64,000 nucleotides of DNA from Selaginella moellendorffii (taxonomy: Eukaryota > Plantae > Lycopodiophyta). Of the stretch, positions 23,300 to 34,400 are shown piece after piece. The stretch lies in the NCBI RefSeq assembly GCF_000143415.4, contig NW_003314351.1, positions 355,501 to 419,500 on the forward strand. The letters are read 5' to 3'. The stretch's first letter is position 1. Every line of letters starts with the position of its first letter. Below the pieces are notes generated by a model that was not told the DNA's origin, did no database searches, and saw only the letters and a list, made by a program, of their open reading frames with translations. The position numbers and the translations under genes were made by a program.

Positions 23300-24271
23300 A
23301 TGGAGTCTCCAAGCCATCCTGATTTCTTTGCCGAAGTCCTTGCAAAAATCCAGTCTGAGAATACCGAGTTGAAGGCAACCCTTCTTCACATGCAGCAGAA
23401 GCTTGCTTCACTTTCGGCTCAAGGATCCAGCAAAGTTCTTGAACCGAAGGTGAGTTTCCTGGCGAAATTTTCAGGCAAGCGTTCGGAGCTTTGTGGATTT
23501 TTGAACCAAATGGAGCTGATCTTTGCACTTCAACATCGGCGGTACCCCACTCTCGAGTCTCAAATCGGCGCGATTGGGACATTGCTCGAGGGTGCAGCTT
23601 TGTCATGGTTTTCTCCTCTTCTGGAGAAGAGCATGAAAGGGGTCGTGGTTCCAGAGCTGATGGATCTTCAATTGTTCAAAGAGAAGCTCGAAGCATGTTT
23701 TGGCGAGACGGATCGGGTTCGGGCTGCTACCACAAAGATGAGACGTCTCTCTCAGGGGTCTTGTCCTGCCTCGATCTACGCTGCAGAGTTCCAACTCCTT
23801 GCCTTGGACACTCAGTGGGATGAGCGGGCCCTGATTGACCAATTTCGTTTCGGCCTCAACAACGGTGTCAAGGATTTGTTGCTCACCATGGAGGATCCCA
23901 AGGACCTGTCGGACGCCATCAACAAAGCTGTTCGATGTGACAATCGTCTCTTTGAACGTCGTCAGGAAAGTTGCCGCGCCGCTATTTTTCCGTCCTAGAC
24001 TCAGGAATCCCAGCTTGAGTCTTCGGGGCATAGTCCTGAACCTACTGCTCCGGTCCCGATGGATATTTCTGGTACTCCCCGACTCATTAGAGGGAAGTTG
24101 AGTCCTGCTGAGAGGCAACGTCGAATATCTCATAATCTTTGCCTCTACTGTGCTGATCCTAATCACAAAGCAGCTGTGTGTCCCAGGAAGCCTCCCCGAT
24201 TGCTCGAGTTCACTTTGCCTCAAAGTCCACCTCTGTTGCAGTCGGGAAACGACCCTGTCCAAACAGAGTAG
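23300..24271 (+). pseudogene. gag, with one frameshift near 23990
   Basis: LLEGAALSWF, FRFGLNNGVKD, PVPMDI, CCHC knuckle CLYCADPNHKAAVC. Confidence 0.9.
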
Positions 24272-27200
24272 GAGCTGTCTGTTTGGACTCCCCAAATAAA
24301 AATCACTTTTCTTCCTTATCAAGCTCTTCACCACCTTTCATCAAAGCCACCACCAATTCCCGCAACTTCCGCGTCCCATGTCTCCTTTCTTTCACCGGAC
24401 AATCAGGACTCAAGGCTTTGGTGCTACTGGACTCGGGTGCAACTTCCTGCTTCATGGACACGGACTTTGCTGCCCGACATCACGTTCCTCTTTCTCCTAC
24501 CATACAGGATCTAAGGGTTGAAGGCATTGGCGGGCATTTTGTGTCTCCATTTTCTGGACTTAGGGAAACGTTGCCCGTTCGAGTACACATCGGGTCCACC
24601 ATCACCGATATCGCCTTCAACATCATCAACAGCAAGTCCTCCTCTGTGGTGCTCGGTCTTCCTTGGTTCCAACTACATCAGCCTCAGATTTGTTGGAAGG
24701 ACTTACAGCTCATCTCTCCCACATCACCATCTCCCACGGCTTCCCCTGGTGTTCATCGAGTCCGAATCAGGAAAAGTTCCCTAAACTCAAGTCGGGGTTC
24801 TGTTCCTAACTCTACGAAGTTTTCATCCTCTTCTTTTTCCTCTCTTCCATCTTACACTGGACAGTATCCTCGTCTCATCATTCCATTTAGTCGTACACCT
24901 CCTCCTATCTCCACAATCACTATGAAAGAACTCCTTCATGAAGAACCTATTTTCCTTTTTGCTTTGCATGTTTTTCCTGTCAGTCTTCTTGAGAAGTATC
25001 ATGATTTTGGGGATGTGTTTGACAAGAAAAAAGCTAGTGTACTGCCTGCTCATCGGCCTTATGACTGTCCCATTGATTTACAGGAAGGAGCGTCGCCTCC
25101 GTGGGGGCCTATCTACGGGTTATCCCCGTCCGAGCTTAAGGCCCTCAAAGAGTACGTGGATGAGAACCTTGCCTCGGGGTTCATTCAACATTCGCAGTCC
25201 CCGGCTGGCGCGCCTGTCTTCTTTGTCAAGAAGAAGGATGGGAGTTTGCGGCTAGTCATCGATTACCGAGGTTTGAACAAGGTGACTGTTCGGAACCGTT
25301 ATCCGCTGCCCCTGATCTCGGACCTGTTGGAACGCCTCGGCGGTGCCCGCTTCTTCACCAAGATTGACCTCCGTGGCGCATACAACCTGATCCGGATCTG
25401 GCCTGGTGATGAATGGAAGACTGCATTCCGAACCCGCTATGGCCACTTCGAGTACACTGTCATGCCATTTGGCTTGACAAATGCTCCCGCAGTTTTCCAA
25501 CACATGGCGAACGACGTCTTTGGGGAGTTTCTTGATCAGATGGTGATCGTCTACCTTGATGACATCCTCATCTACTCAAGAACTCAGGAGGAGCACGACG
25601 AACATGTACGTAAGGTGCTGGCGAAGCTGCGAGAACACGGCCTATACGCGAAGCTTGAGAAATGTTCCTTCGATCAGCAGTCTGTGGAGTTCCTTGGGTA
25701 CATTGTCACTCCTGAAGGTATCACGATGGATCCTGCCAAAGTCAAGACTATTCTCGAGTGGGAGCCTCCACAATCAATGTCGGACGTTCAGGTTTTCCTT
25801 GGCTTCGCCAACTTCTACCGCAAATTCATTGATCACTACTCTGACATTGTCCTTCCTCTCACGCATCTCACTCGCAAGGATGTTCCCTTCTCTTGGTCTA
25901 CCGCTGCCCAGCATGCCTTCGACACACTCAAGGCAGCCTTCAGTTCTGCTCCCGTGTTGATCCATGCTGATTCCTCACAACCTTTCTTCATCGAGGCTGA
26001 CGCCTCCGACTTTGCCATCGGTGCTGTGCTGTCTCAACTCGGAGCGGATCAAGAACTTCATCCGGTCGCTTTCCATTCTCGGAAATTCCAGCCTGCGGAG
26101 ATCAATTACGAAATCCACGACAAGGAGCTCCTTGCCATCGTGGATTCCTTTGGAGAGTGGCGCCGTTTCTTGGAGGGGGCGGGCCATCAAACAATAGTCT
26201 GCATGGATCACAAAAATCTCGAGTACTTTGCCACTTCCCGAGTTTTGAGCCGTTGTCAAGCAAGGTGGGCACAATTCCTGAGTCGGTTTGACTTTGTTAT
26301 CAAGTACAGACCTGGAAAGCTTCAAGGCCTTCCTGATGCTCTTTCAAGGCGCTCCTATCTCAGTCTCAGGCCTGGTAATCCTGTCTTCGATCAACAGGAT
26401 CAAGTTATCCTCGGTCCTGATCGGCTTCAAGTTATGGCAATTTCCCTGGCCCCTCAGGACTCCTCCTTGATGGATGCAATCAGAAACGATCTCCAATCTA
26501 ATGACCTCGCCAGCAATATTTTCACCCATCTTCAGGCTGGACACCCAGTGACTCCCGACTGCCGGCGATTTGATGAGTTCGAGTTCTTAGATGGCTTATT
26601 GTACCGTGGGGAGCAGCTTTACGTTCCTGAAGGTGATGCTCGAAGGTTGGTCCTGATGGCGTGCCACGATAGCCCGACTGCTGGTCATTTTGGCATTGCG
26701 AAAACCTATGAGCTAGTTGGACGGGACTTTTGGTGGCCTCACATGGATGACTACATCAAAGCTTTTGTTACCTCCTGTGACACTTGTGCTCGGAATAAGG
26801 TACCTCGCCACCTTCCTTCAGGTTTGCTTCGTTCCCTCCCGGTCCCTTCAGGTCCTTGGGAATCCATCTCCATGGATTTCTTGAGTGATCTTCCGAGTTC
26901 TGGAGGCTTCAACAGTATTTTAGTCGTGGTGGATCGCTTCACAAAGATGGCGCACTTCTTGCCATGTACCAAGGAATTTTCGGGCGAGGACATGGCAAAA
27001 CTGGTATTCAGGGAAATTTTCCGACTTCATGGGATTCCTACAGATGTGGTTTCGGATCGGGGGCCTCAGTTCATCTCTCATTTCTGGCAACGGTTTTTGC
27101 AGCTGCTTGGAGTGAAGGCCAACCTCTCTTCGGCATATCATCCTCAAACTGATGGACAGTCCGAGCGAACGATTCAGACGCTGGAACAATTCTTGAGGTG

Positions 27201-27822
27201 CTTCATCAACTATCATCAGGATAACTGGTTCGATATCCTTCCCCTTGCTGAGTTCTCCTATAACAACTCTGTTCACTCCTCTCTTCGAGTTTCCCCCTTC
27301 TTTGCGAACTCTGGCCGAAATCCCCGATTCAATCTCTCACTTCCTTCTCCATCTGAATCCTCTCGTTCAAATCCCCGCTCTGAGGCATTTATCTCCAACC
27401 TTCAGGAAATCCACAACTCCATCTCCTTCCACCTCCATCGTGCTCAGGAATCTCACAAAACATTTGCCAATATCCATCGTCAGGATTGTCCCCCTTACAA
27501 TATCGGGGATAAAGTCTGGCTCCTCAGGCGAAATATCTCCACCACCAGGCCCTGTCCAAAACTCGATTTCAAACGCCTCGGTCCTTTTCCTATCACTGCC
27601 ATCATTAATCCCGTCACTTATCGCCTTGCACTTCCCTCCTCATATCAAATTCACCCCGTTTTTCACTCCTCTCTCCTTGAGCCTTATATTCCCAGTCCTA
27701 TTCCAAATCGGGTCATTCCTCCGCCTCCACCAGTGCAGCTCGAGGATGGGTCTGAGTACGAGGTTCAGGACATCCTTGATTCCAAGATTTCACGGTCTAA
27801 ACTCTACTATCTGGTCGACTAG
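24244..27822 (+). CDS. pol PR-RT-RH-INT in the -1 frame; chromodomain interrupted by TGG>TAG at 27820
   Basis: LLDSGAT, YLDD, EADASD, YHPQTDGQSER, EYEVQDILD...YLVD*KGYGPEERTWEP. Confidence 0.93.
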   Translation, partial: GKRPCPNRVGAVCLDSPNKNHFSSLSSSSPPFIKATTNSRNFRVPCLLSFTGQSGLKALVLLDSGATSCFMDTDFAARHHVPLSPTIQDLRVEGIGGHFVSPFSGLRETLPVRVHIGSTITDIAFNIINSKSSSVVLGLPWFQLHQPQICWKDLQLISPTSPSPTASPGVHRVRIRKSSLNSSRGSVPNSTKFSSSSFSSLPSYTGQYPRLIIPFSRTPPPISTITMKELLHEEPIFLFALHVFPVSLLEKYHDFGDVFDKKKASVLPAHRPYDCPIDLQEGASPPWGPIYGLSPSELKALKEYVDENLASGFIQHSQSPAGAPVFFVKKKDGSLRLVIDYRGLNKVTVRNRYPLPLISDLLERLGGARFFTKIDLRGAYNLIRIWPGDEWKTAFRTRYGHFEYTVMPFGLTNAPAVFQHMANDVFGEFLDQMVIVYLDDILIYSRTQEEHDEHVRKVLAKLREHGLYAKLEKCSFDQQSVEFLGYIVTPEGITMDPAKVKTILEWEPPQSMSDVQVFLGFANFYRKFIDHYSDIVLPLTHLTRKDVPFSWSTAAQHAFDTLKAAFSSAPVLIHADSSQPFFIEADASDFAIGAVLSQLGADQELHPVAFHSRKFQPAEINYEIHDKELLAIVDSFGEWRRFLEGAGHQTIVCMDHKNLEYFATSRVLSRCQARWAQFLSRFDFVIKYRPGKLQGLPDALSRRSYLSLRPGNPVFDQQDQVILGPDRLQVMAISLAPQDSSLMDAIRNDLQSNDLASNIFTHLQAGHPVTPDCRRFDEFEFLDGLLYRGEQLYVPEGDARRLVLMACHDSPTAGHFGIAKTYELVGRDFWWPHMDDYIKAFVTSCDTCARNKVPRHLPSGLLRSLPVPSGPWESISMDFLSDLPSSGGFNSILVVVDRFTKMAHFLPCTKEFSGEDMAKLVFREIFRLHGIPTDVVSDRGPQFISHFWQRFLQLLGVKANLSSAYHPQTDGQSERTIQTLEQFLRCFINYHQDNWFDILPLAEFSYNNSVHSSLRVSPFFANSGRNPRFNLSLPSPSESSRSNPRSEAFISNLQEIHNSISFHLHRAQESHKTFANIHRQDCPPYNIGDKVWLLRRNISTTRPCPKLDFKRLGPFPITAIINPVTYRLALPSSYQIHPVFHSSLLEPYIPSPIPNRVIPPPPPVQLEDGSEYEVQDILDSKISRSKLYYLVD

Positions 27823-28974
27823 AAGGGTTACGGACCTGAGGAACGCACTTGGGAACCTGCGGACAACCTGATTCATTCTCTTGACCTTGTTCAGGACTTC
27901 CACCGCCGCTATCCTTCTCGTCCCAGTCCTCATTCTTTTTCTCCATCTCCCATTCCTCGCCGCTCATCTCATCCTCCTCTTCGTTCTCGTTCACATCCTC
28001 GTTCCACTCGTTCTTGAGGAGGGGGTGCTGTCAGGAATCCCCCAATTCTTGCCACATTCCTGACTCTCGCCGGATTCCTGACCTGCAGACCACATTCCTG
28101 ACTCTCGAGACACTTCCCTATTCCTGACTCTCGAGACACTTCCCTATTCCTGACTCTCGAGACACTTCCCGATTCTTGAGTCTCGAGCCATATTCCTGAT
28201 GATGATGTGGCGCCTCCTCGACCTCAGCTATATTTAGGCTGTCCTCGATCCAAGAGTGGTGGAGCTTCATCAACCTATAGTATATATAGGTTAGCCTTGT
28301 TCCATTTCTCCACAATCTGAATCAACACCAGTCTAAGGCCTCTTCTTTGTTTCCACTAGTTTTTCTCTTTGTCTTTAGCATTTTCTAGTCTTGATCTTGT
28401 TGGGGGTCTTGACACTAGGTTACTTGGAATTTATGTTGTGGCTGTAGACACAACTTGTACAATGCTATAATTGTCACAAGTGCAGACATATATCCACAAA
28501 TTATCTACATCATTAACAACAAGTTGGCTATCAACTAATTTATGGAATTTACAACACTAAAGGGGTCATAACTTGATTGTGGGCCCTTTCCCTAACAATC
28601 TTCCTCTTACTAGGGAATGATTGTCCTTGATTATACTTAGGCCACCATCTGGTCACTATTCCTTTTGGGTCTACCAACCTTGGTTCTCCCTCTAGATCCA
28701 CCATGCCCTAGGGGGGCTCTGGGGGGTTTCAAAAGTATAGTAGGGATAGTGTGTGAGTTGGAGGAGTCGGGTAGTTGAGGTCAGGTTGGGGCTGGATCCA
28801 GGTGGGCATATGCTATGTACGGTTCTGCCATATATGTGCGAGCTCAGCCACAAGGGCTCCCCTGCCTTGGCTGCTTGATTCCTAGTAAAGCTCGCAATGG
28901 GTGTAGTATGATCAAATAAATGATTCATGAACCAACTAAGGTATTACATCTTGCTAAAGAACTATTACATATCA

Positions 28975-29266
28975 TTCATGCATTTTGGTCTAGGAAACTT
29001 TAGCACTGCCTCAAACAAAATGTAATACCTAAAATAAGTGGTGTCCTTAGAACCAAACACATATTTAAACTGCTTCAGCTTCAAGCCAATCTTTCGCAAC
29101 TAATCCAACACCTTGCACACATCACCAACATGTTCCTCCCATGTCCCATTTGAATAGATCAAAACATCATTAATGAAGTTGGTAGTCACCTCCAGCAGAT
29201 TGCAAAGAACCTCATCTATCATCTAGTGAAATATTGCTAGAGCATTGTTCAAACAAAATGGCATGA
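28975..29266 (-). mobile_element. RT fragment of a second Selgy-like copy, truncated by the LTR at 29267
   Basis: Reverse complement aligns to 8236-8520 (MPF.LNNA...GTWEEHV). Confidence 0.8.
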
Positions 29267-30708
29267 TGTAAGGAACCAACTCCCCGAGATGTCGTAGGCT
29301 AAAGGATCCCCAAAAGCATGACCGAAATGACAAAGAGTTCATTGAATGGGACCGCAAGTCTGAGATCGAGTCCAAGACCGACTCTGAGATCGAGTTCGAG
29401 ATAGAGTCCGGGATCGAGTCCGAGGCCAACTCGGAGACTGAGTTCGAGATAGAGTCCGAGATCCGAGATCGGGTCCGAAACCGAGTCCGAAGTCGAGTCC
29501 GAGATTGGGTCCGAGATCGAGTCTAAGACCGAGCCCGAATACTAATACAGGTCAAGGGGTGAAAGCCCAAAGCGTGTGTCTCCCGCGGGGGGGGGGGCTG
29601 CAGGGGTTCCAAAAGTATAGTAGGGATAGTGAGGTCTAGGAATCAGTCTTGATGGAACTCTCTAATAGTGCTTCCAAACTGACTTGAGGTTGAGACTGGG
29701 GCCAAGGGGCCTTGGGTGGGAGTGAGCATGGATTCGAGTGGTGCCAGAAGGGCCACTCAAGGAAGTGCTCAAGAGCAGCTCCCACTCCCGAAAGGGAAAC
29801 CGATTGCAGTGCTCCTGGCTCATGTGGAGTGGTGCCCCTCTTGAGTACCTTGTGGCTCATTGGTCCTCACCCTTCCTAAGGGCTTGGGCCTTCCCTTCGG
29901 GATAGAAGTGGGGGGGTAGAGGTACCCATACCGGGCCGATAGGCCACGGTGTTTCGCCCTGGTGTCCCAAAGCAAGTGTTGCACCCAAGGCTTGGGATTT
30001 AGAGGGTCCCATGATCAAGTCTTGTTGTACCAAGGGATGTTAGGAACCTGGAGGCTTGGCGTGCTTAGTTGCTTGTGCCTGCGGGGAGTGTAGCCGAACT
30101 TTAAGTCCAGTCTAACCTGGGGAGGGGGATTGGGAGAGATTTGGGAATCCGTGGATGGATGGCTAACACTTCGTTGCTCGTGCAGTGAGTAGCTGAAATT
30201 AAGTAGGACCAAGTAGGAGTTGGTACAATAGGTGGGAACCTTGGCGAGGGAACTTAGTAAAAGCCAAGGCAACGTTGGTTAGATAGACGAGGTAAGCTGG
30301 CAAATTGGAAAAGAAAAATTTGTGGCTTACAATTTGGTATCGGAGCCTTTTCCTCAGTTCTAGCGAAGGATAGAGGCGGATTGCTGGGAGATGGCAAAGG
30401 CAGGGCATAAACGAACTAAGGTGGAGACAGAACCTCTGCCAGAGCTGGAGCCTTCGGTCGAACAAGAGGATATGGATGAGGAATCCTTGCATGAGGAGGA
30501 CTCCAGTGAGGAAACTTCCAAACAGGAGTCTGGTGGTGAGGTTCGGTCGTCCAAGGCTCGATTGGACGTTCTAGAAGGACAATTGGCACAAACCAATGCC
30601 CTACTAGAGACTCTCGTACGCAAGCTAAAGCATGACGAGAAGCGGAAGAAAAAGCGAAAGACTGTGGATGCTGGCAGCGCAGAAGGTGCGGACCCTTCAG
30701 TAGGGACT
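29267..30708 (+). mobile_element. Family C chromovirus 5' LTR (29267-30331), iMet PBS and start of gag (30391), cut by element D
   Basis: LTR homologous to 37380-38377 in reverse. PBS TGGTATCGGAGCC. gag N-terminus matches 49964-49650. Confidence 0.92.
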
Positions 30709-30934
30709 TGTGAGACACAAAATCCCTAGGCCCCAAAGTGGAGCCGGAAGGGTGCCATGTGGTGGTGGCCAAAGCGAAAACTAAATGAGCGTAACACGTT
30801 TGGACTAAAAGCTTCGACTTGAAAAGGCTGAGAGTGGGAGTGGAACTCCCAACGAAGTGCTTGAGGAATGAGCACAAAGCAAGCAAAAAGCGAGGCTCCA
30901 AAAAGGGACCCAAAAGGACCAACACATGACACGT

Positions 30935-31450
30935 GGAAGTGGAGTCCGAGAAGGACCCTGAGATGGAGTCCAAGGTGGAGTCCGAGGTGGACCCAAGATG
31001 GAGTCCGAGATGGATCCGAGATTGAGTCCGAGACAGACCCGAGATGGAGTCTAAGATGGACCCGAGATGGAGTCCGAGATGGAGTCCGAGGTGGAGTCCG
31101 AGGTGGAGTCCGAGGTGGACCCGAGATGGACCCGAAATGGAGTCCGAAATGGAGTCTAAGCTGGAGTCTAAGCTGGAGTCTGAAGTGGAGTCCGAGGTGG
31201 ACCCGAGATGGACCCGACATGGAGTCCGAGATGGAGTCCAAGATGGACCCGAGATGGAGTCCGAGATGGACCCGAGATGGACATGAGATGGAGTCCGAGA
31301 TGGAGTCCGAGATGGACCCAAGATGGAGTCCGAAGTTGAGACCAAGACCGAGACCGAGATCGAGACCGAGGCCGAGGCCGAGACCGAGCCCAAGCCCGAG
31401 TCCGAGTCCAAGTCCGAGTCCGAGTCCGAGTCCAAGTCCGAGTTTGAGTC
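30935..31450. repeat. (GAGATGGAGTCC/GAGTCC)n minisatellite in D LTRs (also 36710-37170); related arrays in C LTRs
   Basis: Degenerate 6/12-bp periodicity with copy-number differences between LTRs. Confidence 0.9.
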
Positions 31451-34400
31451 TGAGAGGGTGAAAGCCCAAAGCGTTCGTCTCCCAGACCTTGGGGGGTTTG
31501 GTGAGCTCCAAAAGTATAGTAGGGGGAGGACTGCAGTGAAGCTAGTTTGGCCAGAAAAGGCCAGTTTGGCCCAGGAAGGCCATACCCAGTGTTGGGTGAT
31601 GAGCTGACCACTGGGAAATCCAAGACTAGAGTGAACACAGACCGACAATTGGGGTAACTTGGTGAAGTGTTCAAGAGCCGACTCTAGTTCCCTCGGGAGA
31701 TCGACTGGCCGATACTCCCAGTCCAGGTGTGGGTGGCACTACCTACTTGGATACCTGGTGTGGCTCAACGGAACCTCACTCTAAGCCCAAGAAGGCGAGG
31801 AGAGTACCCACGAGGCTCGCGTAGGGCCACGGTGTTCCGAAATGTTGCCCCAAAGTCCCAGACTATGGAAAGGAAGAGGAGTAGCCCTCTAGTGTGGTGA
31901 CAAGGGATACAGTCACACTGTGAAGAAGTCCCAGAGGACTGTTGGACTTAGTGGTCGGGCCTGTGGGCCTTGATCCAGTGGCAGTGTTGGTGAACACGGC
32001 CATGGACAGGAAGGGACTTGGTGGGGACCGAAAAGGAAATATTGGGGAAGGCTATTCCCCATGTCTGCAGGCATCTTGAGGATGCTATAGAGTGGATCTG
32101 GGATAGCCACTCATGGATGGATGGCCTAGTCTTTGAGAGACGGGATTGTAATACAGGTGGTGTTGAACCACTGGGGTGACCAAGGTGAATGGGCATGGCC
32201 TTAGCGTAACGGGCCGATATGTCGGTGGTACCTTGGGGTGCTGGTCATAGGATCGGACATGTGGAGCACTTGGACCAAGTGCAAAGGTGGAGTGGCATGG
32301 ATGCCATTCTCGGGGCTAGCAAGCCCCAAGTCCTAACTGGGACTTATGGAGGTTGTGAATGAGACTCCTCCAAGTGGTTGGAGGTGTGGTTAAGTGACTA
32401 AAGTAAAATGGAAAAATTAGTTGCTTACAACTTGGTATCGGAGCTGTTCCTTAGTCCGACTTTTATTGGTGCTCAAGTATATCACCATTGAGGTTAGCAT
32501 CGGAAGGTCTTAGGAGTAGGCCTATCCTTGAGGAGTAGCATGTCGAGAGGACATGACTCTCCACTCAAGTTCACGCGTGAACTTGGGCACAATGTGGTGG
32601 ATAGAAAAGGGCCAATAATGGAACGACTTTAGGATCTTGGGAATAGTATAAGGTTTCCTTAGAGAGCTGAGGATGTGATCCAGATGAGCGTTTGACGTAG
32701 CAAACGGGCTAACGTAGTTGTGGTAAACAACTATAGTTGGGATCATGGGAAAGATGTAGACTCCAAAACAATAAAGGAGTCACAAGATTACCCTCATATA
32801 GTTGAGGCTGGTGCTCATAGCTTTGAGACTAGAATTGATGAACATGGGAGGTCAAATAAAGAAGAGGACACAAGTCCTTGAAATGGTAGCCGAGGTTACC
32901 TCTAATAAATGTTGGAACAACCCAAGGAGTTGGGGGTGTACTCAGAGGATGAGTTGGTATTCTCATCACATGGACAAGTGGTCCTAAGGGGCAAAAGGTT
33001 GCCCCAAGAGAACAAATCAAGTGTCGGAGTAACACTTGCAAAGATGGTCCTTGTGAGCAGGATCTATATACAAGAAGTTGTATTCCAGCGAGTTGATACC
33101 TCGAAGACTAAGACCTCGCAGGTCGTTGGATTAGCAAAGTCTAAAATGCTGGATGACTCAAGTGGAGTCAGGGAATGGTCCTAAGAGATTGGTTGAAGCA
33201 TTTGGACAGAGGTGTATGGTGCCCCATGAGGTATGGGGAGGATCATAAGATCCAAGTATAAGAACAGTGAGTATCTTATTGATGGCGGAATGTGCCATAT
33301 TAAAGTCGTGGGAAAGATGTTCCCAGAAGAAAGCAACTTTGGCCCAGAGTTGGGTGCAAACACTATGGTGCGGTGCTAATGGATAGTTAGCATGAGAAAC
33401 AACTATATTGGTCTTGGCAAAAACCTAAACACTAATAAGTAGTGTTATAAGGATAGGCTCGTGGAGCCGATGGTGTGGAGACACCGAAGGTGCCAAGGCG
33501 TGCTGCCTTGAGGTCAAGTTGGCAGGTTCATGAGAACCCCGTCCAAAGAAATCCCAATGGAAATGGGAATGGCATAGCCTAAGCTAAAAAGCATGTGGTT
33601 AGAGTGTGGTGACCCAGATAATGATGGAGGTGTGGAAACACCAACAATGAGTTGTAGGACTTGACAACTATAAGGCAATTAAGCAAAAGGTGCAAAATAA
33701 TTCATTAAACGGGTAGAAGGCAACTACCTAAGACTTCTTATTGGGATAAAGAAGTTAGATATACCCTTATGAGGGATAAATTGCTTATGCTGCGAAATAG
33801 TAGATCAATGTCATAAAGGGAATGCTCATTGCCAAAGAGGCCATCATTGGGACACCCAAGCACTCTAGAACACTAGAAGGTGGTGTTTGGTGTCATGAGG
33901 GCAATGGATAATGCCCAAGGGACAAAGTCCCTAGTTAATGAAGGATAGGAAGTGCTATCCAAATGTCCAAGGTTGTGGAGACGGGAGAAGTCTGTCTACC
34001 CAAATTGGACAAAGCCAAAAAGGGATTTTGGCAAGGCTAGTGATGGGTATATAAAGGCCCATAGGTAGCAACAGTAATCCCAGTATGTGGGATTACAAGG
34101 TGAGTATACCCAAATTGAGGAATCACTCTCTAGGCTGTTGGGTAGGTTCATCCCTATAAATACTTGCCAAGGCATGATAGAAAGTGCAAAGCTATCCTCC
34201 TAGTCTAGAGGAGAATGACTGAAGGAAAGGTGTGAAGCCAAAAGCAAGTAGTAAAGGGATAGAACCAAACCATAGGAATTGACAGGCATGACCAAGGGTG
34301 GTTATGCAAGTTGGGAGTGGAGAATCAAGTGGGCACTCAAGCATGTTGTTACTAGCAACTGGGATGCCATGGAGAGTCAAAAACATGGGATTGTCCATGT

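Larger units (their letters stand above)
22843..28414 (+). mobile_element. Full-length Ty3/gypsy chromovirus (Tcn1/Tf1-like). LTRs 22843-23202 and 28029-28414, TSD CTAGG
   Basis: TG..CA LTRs differing by 8 substitutions and one 26-bp tandem unit. PPT gaggaggggg. No tRNA PBS. gag, pol and chromodomain present. Confidence 0.97.

Noticed and set aside
30935-31450. CRISPR-like periodicity
   Set aside because: No unique spacers, degenerate short units, eukaryotic LTR context.
30416-31674. Long ORFs (410, 261, 197 aa) and equivalents at 36380-37301
   Set aside because: Open only because a 6/12-bp minisatellite lacks stops in several frames; they lie inside LTRs.
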